DNA of 64,000 nucleotides from an uncultured Erysipelotrichaceae bacterium (GTDB lineage: Bacteria > Bacillota_I > Bacilli_A > RF39 > UBA660). Below are positions 28,912 through 36,962 of this stretch, in pieces. Below the pieces are notes generated by a model. That model worked only from the letters and a program-made list of their open reading frames with translations. It was not told the DNA's origin and ran no database searches. The position numbers and the translations under genes were made by a program. Location of the stretch: positions 3,278 through 67,277 of the forward strand of contig CACZST010000036.1 in the NCBI GenBank assembly GCA_902783895.1, given 5' to 3'. The stretch's first letter is position 1. Each line of letters starts with the position of its first letter.

Positions 28912-29745
28912 CTATTTTTTTTGATTATTCCCTATTTTTCGGTATTCTTCCTTTTCTAGTTCTTTAATAGATTTTTTAGGGGTTGGCAAGTCCTCTGGCA
29001 TAGTTCCACCTAATTCTTCTATAGCTTTTCTTACAGTCTTTCCAACTCTATAATGTGTATTTGTAGCGATTTGCTCATTTGGCTTTTTTTGCTTTTCAAG
29101 AAGTGCTTCTGTTTGTGTTATTCTAAATATATTTGCACCTAATTCAGCACTGCCCATATTATCTAAAATTTCTTCTCTATATCTTAAATTTTTTCTTTTA
29201 GCAATAGCATTTGCATCTTCACCACCATAAAGGCCTCTATAACCAGCATTAGTAAATCTATCAAAGTTTTTAACGCCTTTTTCCTTTGCAATTTTATATA
29301 AGATTTTATTACCATCTTTTGTTTGCTTTCTACGATACAATCTTTTTTCATCTTCTGTAAGTTTATTATACTCTTCTTCAGTTAACTCCATTTTTCTTGT
29401 TTGTATTGCAAAATACGTTTGTCCAAGTGCTACTGCTTTATATTTTGGATTTGCGTTTTGTACAATTAAGTAGCAAGCATATCGGCTTAATTTATAATCA
29501 ATAACTGCCTTTGTAGAAACTCCAGTTTTTACTATTTTGGTGTTTACACCAAAATTGGAATTAATGTTATTATTACTTTGAGAACAAGCAATTTGTGCTT
29601 TTTCAATAACAGCTGAAAAATATCTCCACTCTTTATAACTAAGTATTTGTTGTAATTCTCTTGCTTCCCAATATTCATTTCCGTGTTCATCAATATGTTT
29701 TATATCTTCAAAGTTTTTTTCTGTATATTCTTCTATATTACCCAT
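28912..29745 (-). CDS. dinD: DNA-damage-inducible protein D
   Basis: Collinear with remembered E. coli DinD: 'LSRYACYLIVQNANP', 'GQTYFAIQTRK', 'DEKRLYRR', 'GYRGLYGG', 'LGGTMPEDLPTPKKSIKELE'. Confidence 0.8.
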   Translation of the reverse strand: MGNIEEYTEKNFEDIKHIDEHGNEYWEARELQQILSYKEWRYFSAVIEKAQIACSQSNNNINSNFGVNTKIVKTGVSTKAVIDYKLSRYACYLIVQNANPKYKAVALGQTYFAIQTRKMELTEEEYNKLTEDEKRLYRRKQTKDGNKILYKIAKEKGVKNFDRFTNAGYRGLYGGEDANAIAKRKNLRYREEILDNMGSAELGANIFRITQTEALLEKQKKPNEQIATNTHYRVGKTVRKAIEELGGTMPEDLPTPKKSIKELEKEEYRKIGNNQKK

Positions 29746-29769
29746 TTTTACTAACCTCCTTTGCTGTAT

Positions 29770-29798
29770 ATTATAGCAAACATTTGTTCATATATCAA
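29770..29798 (-). promoter_or_regulatory. dinD promoter with LexA (Cheo-type) box in the spacer
   Basis: Minus strand TTGATA - 17 nt - TATAAT. The spacer contains GAACAAATGTTT (plus 29778..29789), i.e. GAAC-N4-GTTC with one mismatch. Confidence 0.6.
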
Positions 29799-30343
29799 TA
29801 TTTCTATAAGTAATTATCCACTTTATGTACTATGTAGTTTTTTTGAAAATACACAATTAATGTGTAATAAGTTTCAAAAACATATATAATATCTTCCTAA
29901 ACAATTTGTTTGTAATTAAATAGGAATTTTAAATGGTGAATTACTGCCATCTATCTTATGAAGATATATTAAAAATATTGAATTGTTATTACATTAAATC
30001 CGATGATATTGTATTAACCAGTGATTTATTAAAATAATAAAAAATACTTATAGCCACAAACTATAAATATTTTCGACAAACAAATTGCCATAAATGAATC
30101 ATTATCTATAATGTGGGCGTTGTGCACTTAGTTTTAAAAAATGTACAATTCCTACACTTTTTGACGTGGAACAAAAGTCCTTCGTCGATATATAATATAC
30201 CATATTTTTCGGTTTTTGTTCACTTTTTTTCTTTAAGCGATTAAAAAATCATTTTATTTAGCGATTGTTTATGTTTCATTGATATTAAATGATAGTTTCA
30301 ATCTAACTTATATTCTGGTTATTATTTGATGATTTATTACAAA

Positions 30344-31747
30344 TTATTTATTATTTTCTTCCCAGTATAATCGCATTTCTATAGGGGTCCAACCATTATT
30401 TTCCCATACTATTGAATTGTTATATATGTCCATCAAGTAGTTTAATATTTCTTGGGCATTTTTTTCTGTTACTTCTAATCCATAATATTGAAGCATTTCT
30501 AGTGATGCTCCTACAAATGAATTTCCTAGTCTATACATATCGGAAATTTTTTTTATAATAGTTTCAATAATATCTGATGGAATATTCTTTCCATTTAGGT
30601 ATTTTTTAAATTTGTTTTTTGATTCAGTTTCTTCATAGTAATCATAATTAGAGTACTTGAGCAATTTTTCTAGTTTAATTGGCTTCTTTTTTATGTTTTT
30701 TTGTCTTGATACAATATTATCTAATAATGATTCTAAATCATCATAGTTTAATAATTTGTGAATAAAATACATATTTTTGTCCGTATCAATTCTATCTATA
30801 TTATCTGCCCTTTCACAAAAGAATAATGTATTATCTTGAACATTAACTTTTTTATCTTTATTATAGTATAAACTATAATAATAATTTAAATCATTATCTG
30901 AAACTACACCATATAATTCGACCATCGACCTAACTAAATAATAAATTTTACTATTCTCATCTACTATTTTTTGAAATTTGTTTAATTCTATTTTTTTTAT
31001 GATATTGTAAACATCATCTGTCATTGATATATAGAATTTATTTCCTCTTCTGAACAAAAATACTACACCTATCATGTATAGAAAATGATACTCTTCAATA
31101 TTTATATTATTATCCTGAATAGTTCCTTTGTTTGATATTATTCTTTTTAATAAGTTAAACTCCTTATCTATAAGTCTGTCAATTAAATCTGTCAATTTAT
31201 CTTTATCAGTAAGTGCATTGTAAATAATTTTAACAAGTTCTTTTTTAGGTTTATTACTTAATTTATTGACAAGTAATAAATCGCCTATATATTTTAAGTC
31301 TCTAATAGTTAATGCTGTAAGAAGTTTTTTTAAATCTTTAATTATTGGCGTGTTAGCAGCGTTTTCTAAATTAAATTTTTCTTCTGGGCTCATAGTGCCT
31401 AACAGTTTAACTATTATTTCCTTTATTTCTGTGGGTATGTAATAAGAATAATGATTACCATTTTTATATATAAAAACAAATAATGATTCTATATCTTGTT
31501 CATACGCGGACATCCACGTTGAATTTTCGTTTTTAACTAACTTTTCAAAATATATTTTAGTAAATGGATCATCATTTGAGTATTCTAAACACGTTTCAAA
31601 AGTTTCTATAATATATTCTTTTAGTTCATATATATCATCAACACCAAAGTCTTGAATTTTTTCGTTAAGCAATTTTTTATCTAATTTTTTCAATGATGAT
31701 AGTAAGTCTAATTTGTCTTTTTTTATTAAATATTTTTTACAATTCAT
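30344..31747 (-). CDS. hypothetical protein (467 aa), helical, no catalytic motif seen
   Basis: ORF track. Starts 4 nt after the upstream small gene. Possible SAP/Rho_N-like helix-hairpin 'LTIRDLKYIGDLLLVNKLSNKPKKELVKIIYNAL'. Confidence 0.5.
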   Translation of the reverse strand: MNCKKYLIKKDKLDLLSSLKKLDKKLLNEKIQDFGVDDIYELKEYIIETFETCLEYSNDDPFTKIYFEKLVKNENSTWMSAYEQDIESLFVFIYKNGNHYSYYIPTEIKEIIVKLLGTMSPEEKFNLENAANTPIIKDLKKLLTALTIRDLKYIGDLLLVNKLSNKPKKELVKIIYNALTDKDKLTDLIDRLIDKEFNLLKRIISNKGTIQDNNINIEEYHFLYMIGVVFLFRRGNKFYISMTDDVYNIIKKIELNKFQKIVDENSKIYYLVRSMVELYGVVSDNDLNYYYSLYYNKDKKVNVQDNTLFFCERADNIDRIDTDKNMYFIHKLLNYDDLESLLDNIVSRQKNIKKKPIKLEKLLKYSNYDYYEETESKNKFKKYLNGKNIPSDIIETIIKKISDMYRLGNSFVGASLEMLQYYGLEVTEKNAQEILNYLMDIYNNSIVWENNGWTPIEMRLYWEENNK

Positions 31748-31751
31748 TGTT

Positions 31752-32012
31752 TTACTCCTCTTTCAAATATTTATCTATTAATTTTTCAGCGAGCTGTTCT
31801 CCTTCTTTTGTTATAGTAACAGATTTTCCTTTACTATGATATAAATATCTATCATCAGTCAATTTATTTATCACACTAAATGAATAACCTTTCCAGCATC
31901 TTTTAACATTTCCCTCCTCTATTTCACCATCATCATTAGCTACATATCCTTTTTCTTCCCACGATGTTAAATACATAAGTAATAATGTTAATTCCTCAAT
32001 GTTTTTGTTCAT
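31752..32012 (-). CDS. small DUF6429-like protein (86 aa)
   Basis: 'LLLMYLTSWEE...CWKGYSFSVINKL...SKGKSVTITKEGEQLAEKLIDKYL'. GGGAG 8 nt upstream of ATG 32012. Family name is from memory. Confidence 0.45.
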   Translation of the reverse strand: MNKNIEELTLLLMYLTSWEEKGYVANDDGEIEEGNVKRCWKGYSFSVINKLTDDRYLYHSKGKSVTITKEGEQLAEKLIDKYLKEE

Positions 32013-32177
32013 AAATAATACTCCCATATAAAATTTTGCAATATATAATTTTTAAATAATATATTGAATATAACATTATTATATCATGCATAAAGACGCT
32101 TAGTAAATTTATAGGTTTGTGAAATACTTATTTTTTAGTATATGTAGAATTTTTAAAAGAAAAATGCAATATTGATA

Positions 32178-33026
32178 CTAATCTTTATTATTAAACAATT
32201 CTTTAACAATTAAATCTTGTGAATGTAAATTATTATTTTTACCTAATAATAAATTTTCATAAAACCTAACTAAATAACTTCTATCTTCCTTTATATTTAA
32301 ATAATTATTAAAATAATTGCTTCTTACTAACGCATTTCTAAAATACACTGATTTATTTTTAAACAAATTATTTTCTACATTGTATCCTAAACTAATTAAA
32401 TATTTTTCTATAAATAATGCCATTGTTCGGGTATTACCTTCTCTAAATGGATGTACTTGCCATATACTAGATGAGAATTTAGTTATATTATTAATAACGT
32501 CAACTATATTCATTTCTTTATAGTTTTTTTCTTTTTCTAAAGATATATCATATTCCAAAGATTCAGTTAAAGTATTACAATCTCCGTATGCTACAGAATC
32601 ATTATTTAATATTTTTTCATGTTTTGAAAAATCTATTTTTCTAAATTCACCAGCAAATTCATAAACATCTTGAAATAAAAATTTATGAACATATTTTAAA
32701 TAATCAACTGATAATTCAAATTTATCTTCATCTAATAATTCAACTATTCTAGCAGATACAAAATCACATTCTAATTCATTATGATTTATTTCATTTTTGT
32801 TTTCTTTTTCAATATAGTATTCTCTTAATTCTTTTTCTACTTCTTCTATAGTCATCTCGCCAGTGACATTTTCTTCTAAAAGTTTTTCTAGATATTTAGA
32901 AGGTTTTAAATTATCTACTTCTTGAAGACCAATAGCCATATCCCACTGTAATTGTTTTACATAGTTACTAGATTTATATTCTTCATTATATTCATTTACA
33001 CTTGAATCAAATTCTTTTTCACTCAT
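32178..33026 (-). CDS. Fic/DOC-family protein with degenerate Fic motif and VbhA-like N-terminal region
   Basis: 'HPFREGNTRTMA' versus canonical HxFx(D/E)GNGRxxR (G to T, and the last R is lost). N-terminus 'MAIGLQEVDNLKPSKYL...GEMTIEEVEKEL' resembles a VbhA-type antitoxin helix. Confidence 0.7.
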   Translation of the reverse strand: MSEKEFDSSVNEYNEEYKSSNYVKQLQWDMAIGLQEVDNLKPSKYLEKLLEENVTGEMTIEEVEKELREYYIEKENKNEINHNELECDFVSARIVELLDEDKFELSVDYLKYVHKFLFQDVYEFAGEFRKIDFSKHEKILNNDSVAYGDCNTLTESLEYDISLEKEKNYKEMNIVDVINNITKFSSSIWQVHPFREGNTRTMALFIEKYLISLGYNVENNLFKNKSVYFRNALVRSNYFNNYLNIKEDRSYLVRFYENLLLGKNNNLHSQDLIVKELFNNKD

Positions 33027-33204
33027 AATTTAGACCTCCTAACTACTTATAAATATATCATATTTTTTACTATTCTCTTATTGTTTTCGGTTAATTTGTA
33101 TTTGAAATCTATTTTTAAGGCTATTCTTGCCACCAAAAAAAATTGTGCTTCTTATTTACTTAATTCAAATATAACTGTCTAAATACCCAATTAAATCTAA
33201 CAAT

Positions 33205-33239
33205 GGTAACTAAACCCACGACCTGCCGATTATGTGTAG
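33205..33239 (-). other. tRNA-like fragment (anticodon loop to T-arm of a CAU-anticodon tRNA), not a functional tRNA
   Basis: Minus strand ACACATAATCGGCAGGTCGTGGGTTtagtt resembles CTCATAACCG..GGTCGTAGGTTCGA of Firmicute tRNA-Met/Ile2. There is no D-arm, no closing T-stem and no acceptor stem. Confidence 0.3.
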
Positions 33240-33304
33240 TTTTATTATATATTAAATTATAAATTATAAAAAACTCTTTACACTAACAAGTGAATAGCTT
33301 GATA

Positions 33305-33610
33305 TCAGTCTACAAAATATGTATGTTTAACTTTCCATTTTTTAATGGCAATTACTACCCATAATATGTAAATTCCAAATGTTATAACACATAAAAGTAA
33401 CCATTTAATCCAATTTCCAAATAGTTGCATTGCAGTACCATCAAATCTTAATCTTTTTCCTTCTATCACTGTATGTTTAATCTCCCAGTTATACACCATA
33501 CAAATAGCCCATGGATAGCAAATACCAAAAGTACATATTGTAATTAATCCTCCTAGTAATTTCCATCCGATCAATTGTAGTAATCCTCCATCAAAATATG
33601 ATTTTTCCAT
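33305..33610 (-). CDS. small membrane protein, DUF898/YjgN-like
   Basis: Two or three TM helices. 'TFGICYPWAICMVYNW' and 'ITFGIYILW' recall the DUF898 'TLGIYxPWA' repeat. Confidence 0.4.
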   Translation of the reverse strand: MEKSYFDGGLLQLIGWKLLGGLITICTFGICYPWAICMVYNWEIKHTVIEGKRLRFDGTAMQLFGNWIKWLLLCVITFGIYILWVVIAIKKWKVKHTYFVD

Positions 33611-33783
33611 AAAACACCTCTTTCACTAAATCAATTATATCATGTATGGTAATTAACTTAAAGATATAAAAGTATTATTATCTTTATATAATTGTTAATA
33701 TTGTTATTTAAGATTCATACTATTAATTTGACTTAGATTAAATAACGTGATATTTTATTGTATTAATTTGAAAGGGGTATTTT

Positions 33784-34812
33784 ATGTCTAACAGATGGAA
33801 AATTGTAGATGTTTCATATAAAATAATTGATAGAATGGAAAAGGATTTAGAAATTAATAGTGAGGCATATAAATTAATCGGATATCTTAATAAATTGGTT
33901 TCTAATGATTTAGATACTTATGGTGAATTTGGCAATTATTATGATATTTTTATAGAAGTGACAAAAAGATTATTTTATAGTGGTGAACTTATTAGGTCTT
34001 TTAGAATTCCTGATAATAAGTATTATAAAAGACAAATAGAAGTGTATAAAAATTTACCATTTACAAATCATCAAAATTGGAATAATTATTTACTTAAAAT
34101 ATTATCTTTAAGGGTGCCAAATGATGTTTATAAAAATTCATATAAAACATTTGAATATATAATTAAAAATTATAATTGCCATAATATTTGTTTGCAGTAT
34201 GAAGAGGTAAAAAATGTATTAGATTTTGCGGATAAAAATGAGGCTATTATACTTGCGAGCAAGGATGAATATTTTGAACTTGGAAAAGAAAAAGAATTAT
34301 ATAATAAAGCTAAAGATGGAAAATCTTTTAGTCAGTTAGATGAATTTAGAGAAATTAATAATTTAAACAGTAAGAGTGATGATGCAGTTAGGAAAGATTT
34401 TATATTTAAAAGAATTGGTAATATTGGTGAGATATGCACTTTTGATAAACTTAGTAAGTTAGATTTACCAATAATATTTGTCGCAAGAGATATTAAAAAC
34501 GGATTTGGATATGATATATATTTATCTGATGAAGAAGAAAAAGAAAATTTAATTGAAGTTAAATCTACAGTTAATCTTTCAAATAATAATTTTTTTAAAA
34601 TAAGTGAAAATGAATTAAATAAAGTAGAAGAAGCTTCAAAGAATGAATTTGCTAGATATATTATATGCAGAGTTAAGTTAAACAGTTTATTAGAACCTAA
34701 TTTCGAATTTTTGAGTAAAACATCTGAGGATACTTTTTCTAGTATTGATGGAAGTAATCATAAATATAAAGCAAAAATTTTAGAAAAAAGATTATTTAAG
34801 CAATTTAAATGA
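33784..34812 (+). CDS. DUF3883-like PD-(D/E)xK nuclease-fold protein, paralog A
   Basis: C-terminal block 'KRIGNIGEICTFDKL...GFGYDIYL...LIEVKST...FKISENEL...YIICRV' (GxxGE ... D ... ExK layout). N-terminal ~200 aa is unknown. Confidence 0.6.
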   Translation: MSNRWKIVDVSYKIIDRMEKDLEINSEAYKLIGYLNKLVSNDLDTYGEFGNYYDIFIEVTKRLFYSGELIRSFRIPDNKYYKRQIEVYKNLPFTNHQNWNNYLLKILSLRVPNDVYKNSYKTFEYIIKNYNCHNICLQYEEVKNVLDFADKNEAIILASKDEYFELGKEKELYNKAKDGKSFSQLDEFREINNLNSKSDDAVRKDFIFKRIGNIGEICTFDKLSKLDLPIIFVARDIKNGFGYDIYLSDEEEKENLIEVKSTVNLSNNNFFKISENELNKVEEASKNEFARYIICRVKLNSLLEPNFEFLSKTSEDTFSSIDGSNHKYKAKILEKRLFKQFK

Positions 34813-34852
34813 AATAATAAGTATTATTTATATTAGTTTAAGGAGAATATAT

Positions 34853-35854
34853 ATGACGGAAAATGAATTTATTGATAAAACATATAAACTTGCACATTAT
34901 ATAAAATGTAATGAAAAATCTACACGTTACATCGGAACAATCACAAAGGATGTAAGGAATTTCATTTTGGATAATCCAGATAATGATATAGTTATTAAAT
35001 TTGTTAAAGATACTGTTAATTATATTTTAGAATTGTTTAATAATGATATTTTTAATGACAATTTAAATAAATTTAATAATTTGTTTTATAGAAGGCAAAT
35101 TGAAATATGTAATTTCTTAAAGCTTCACATAAATAATGAATATGGTAATTGTGTTTGTTATTTAAAGAACTTGTTTAATATACCATGGGAATATAATGAT
35201 AATATATTTATTGAAACTTTATATATTTTAAATCATTATAGCTCTTATTTATCAAATAATTTAATTGAAAGAAATTTTCGAGATTTTATGAATAATAATA
35301 GGATAGTTAGTCCGTTTACTTTAGAAAATTATTATAAAGATTTAGATGAAGAAAAGAAATTTTATAACGATCCTCAAGAAAAAGAAATAATTGATTATGG
35401 TTATATAAATCATGTAATGGACTGTAATGCGGTCAAAATAAGATATATGAATAAAAGAATTGGTAATATCGGTGAATTCTATACATTAGATAGATTTAAA
35501 AAATTTGGCGAATGCATATTTGTTTCAAAAGATTTGAGCGAATTATTTGGATATGATATATACTTTTTAGATAAATATAATATTGAAAATTTACTTGAAG
35601 TTAAAACTACTACTAATAGTAATAATGGATTTTTTATAAGTGAAAATGAACTTTCTGTTGCTTTAGAAAGTAAAGTAAAAGGTGCTAAATATGTTTTATG
35701 TAGAGTTGTACTAGATAGTTTATTAAATCCGTCGTTTAGTTTTCTTAACTTAATCGATGAAGAAACTTTCTGTCAAATTGATAAGCCTGATGGAAAATTA
35801 TATAAGCGTGATTCAGATGAAGATGGTAAAATTTTATTTAAAAAATACCGTTAA
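34853..35854 (+). CDS. DUF3883-like PD-(D/E)xK nuclease-fold protein, paralog B
   Basis: 'KRIGNIGEFYTLDRF...LFGYDIYF...LLEVKTT...FFISENEL...YVLCRV', collinear with paralog A. Starts 40 nt after A. Confidence 0.6.
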   Translation: MTENEFIDKTYKLAHYIKCNEKSTRYIGTITKDVRNFILDNPDNDIVIKFVKDTVNYILELFNNDIFNDNLNKFNNLFYRRQIEICNFLKLHINNEYGNCVCYLKNLFNIPWEYNDNIFIETLYILNHYSSYLSNNLIERNFRDFMNNNRIVSPFTLENYYKDLDEEKKFYNDPQEKEIIDYGYINHVMDCNAVKIRYMNKRIGNIGEFYTLDRFKKFGECIFVSKDLSELFGYDIYFLDKYNIENLLEVKTTTNSNNGFFISENELSVALESKVKGAKYVLCRVVLDSLLNPSFSFLNLIDEETFCQIDKPDGKLYKRDSDEDGKILFKKYR

Positions 35855-35862
35855 CAAAAAAA

Positions 35863-35878
35863 AGAAACAGGAGTTTCT
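35863..35878. terminator. bidirectional terminator between paralog B and the SWIM gene
   Basis: agaaac-agga-gtttct flanked by A8 and T8 runs. Confidence 0.65.
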
Positions 35879-35882
35879 TTTT

Positions 35883-36911
35883 TTAATTGTAATTATCAAT
35901 ATAATCATTTATTTGTTTTGTTAATATTTCATCTTCACTATCTTCTAAAACTTTCCAGTTACATATATCATTTTCAATAATTGGAACTAGTTCAATTCCC
36001 CCATTATTTATTATTTCAAAACATCCATGAGAAATGCCTAAGCATAAGTAGTAATTAAAGTTTTCTACTACCTCTAATAGGTTTTCGTTAGAATTTGCAA
36101 ACATTATTTTAAAGAAACGGTTATATTTATTATTTCTTATGGCAAGTATGCTTGCGCATATATGCTTACAATAAAATTCACATGGGCAGCTACAATATAC
36201 TTGAGTAAGTTTTTCTTCTTCATTATATTTAATTATTACAACGTATTTTTCTTCCCCTTCTACTATAGAAAAATATTTATCCTCTATTTTTTCTAAATAT
36301 TTTACTTTATTTTCAAGATAATAATTCTCCCCTCTTTCTAAAATTTTTGAAGAAAATAGTTTATCCAAATTCTCATTAAACAAATCAAAGGAGAATTCTT
36401 TTTTATATTCATATTTTTCTTTTGTTCCTGTTACTTCAGCAAGTAATTCATAAAGAAAATTTTCTAGTTTTTTAGGCAGATTTTGGAAAATAATTACAAA
36501 TAAATCAGATAAATAGGACTGTGACTTTGGCAGGTATTTATTAAAGTTTAAATTAACTTTTTCATTATTTTTAGTTTTAATATTAATATTTAATTTAACT
36601 AAATCTTTTTTATTTAGATTATCATTTTTTTCTTTTATAAAATAGCTAAAACAATAATTAGTTATATCATTAATTAGATTTTCATTTATATATTCATAGT
36701 TTATATATTTATCTATTTTATTTTCATCTATTATATTTAAATCAAACCAAGATAATTTATATGACTTAGCTTTTTTAATATAATTAATCGTTATATAAAA
36801 GTAAAATCCATCATAATCTAAAAGTGATAATTCTAGATATGTTTTATCTTTTTTGAAATACTTTTTTATTTTTTCTATTTTTTTAAGGTTTTTATTATAT
36901 TCTTCATTCAT
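35883..36911 (-). CDS. SWIM zinc-finger domain protein
   Basis: 'RGENYYLENKV...YVVIIKY...VYCSCPCEFYCKHICASILAI' fits the CxCxnCxH SWIM signature. GGAGG 8 nt upstream of ATG 36911. Confidence 0.65.
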   Translation of the reverse strand: MNEEYNKNLKKIEKIKKYFKKDKTYLELSLLDYDGFYFYITINYIKKAKSYKLSWFDLNIIDENKIDKYINYEYINENLINDITNYCFSYFIKEKNDNLNKKDLVKLNINIKTKNNEKVNLNFNKYLPKSQSYLSDLFVIIFQNLPKKLENFLYELLAEVTGTKEKYEYKKEFSFDLFNENLDKLFSSKILERGENYYLENKVKYLEKIEDKYFSIVEGEEKYVVIIKYNEEEKLTQVYCSCPCEFYCKHICASILAIRNNKYNRFFKIMFANSNENLLEVVENFNYYLCLGISHGCFEIINNGGIELVPIIENDICNWKVLEDSEDEILTKQINDYIDNYN

Positions 36912-36945
36912 AGTATTAACCTCCAAGCTAATTATATAAAAAAAT

Positions 36946-36962
36946 CTAGTTTTAAACTAGAT
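36946..36962 (-). terminator. obg terminator
   Basis: tctagttt-t-aaactaga abutting the obg stop, with a T-run on the - strand (plus A-run 36939..36945). Confidence 0.6.

Noticed and set aside
29932-30036. 34-codon ORF (MVNYCHLSYEDILKILNCYYIKSDDIVLTSDLLK) in the dinD-upstream spacer.
   Set aside because: There is no convincing RBS and no recognisable family. It may be a gene remnant and is mentioned only within the spacer finding.
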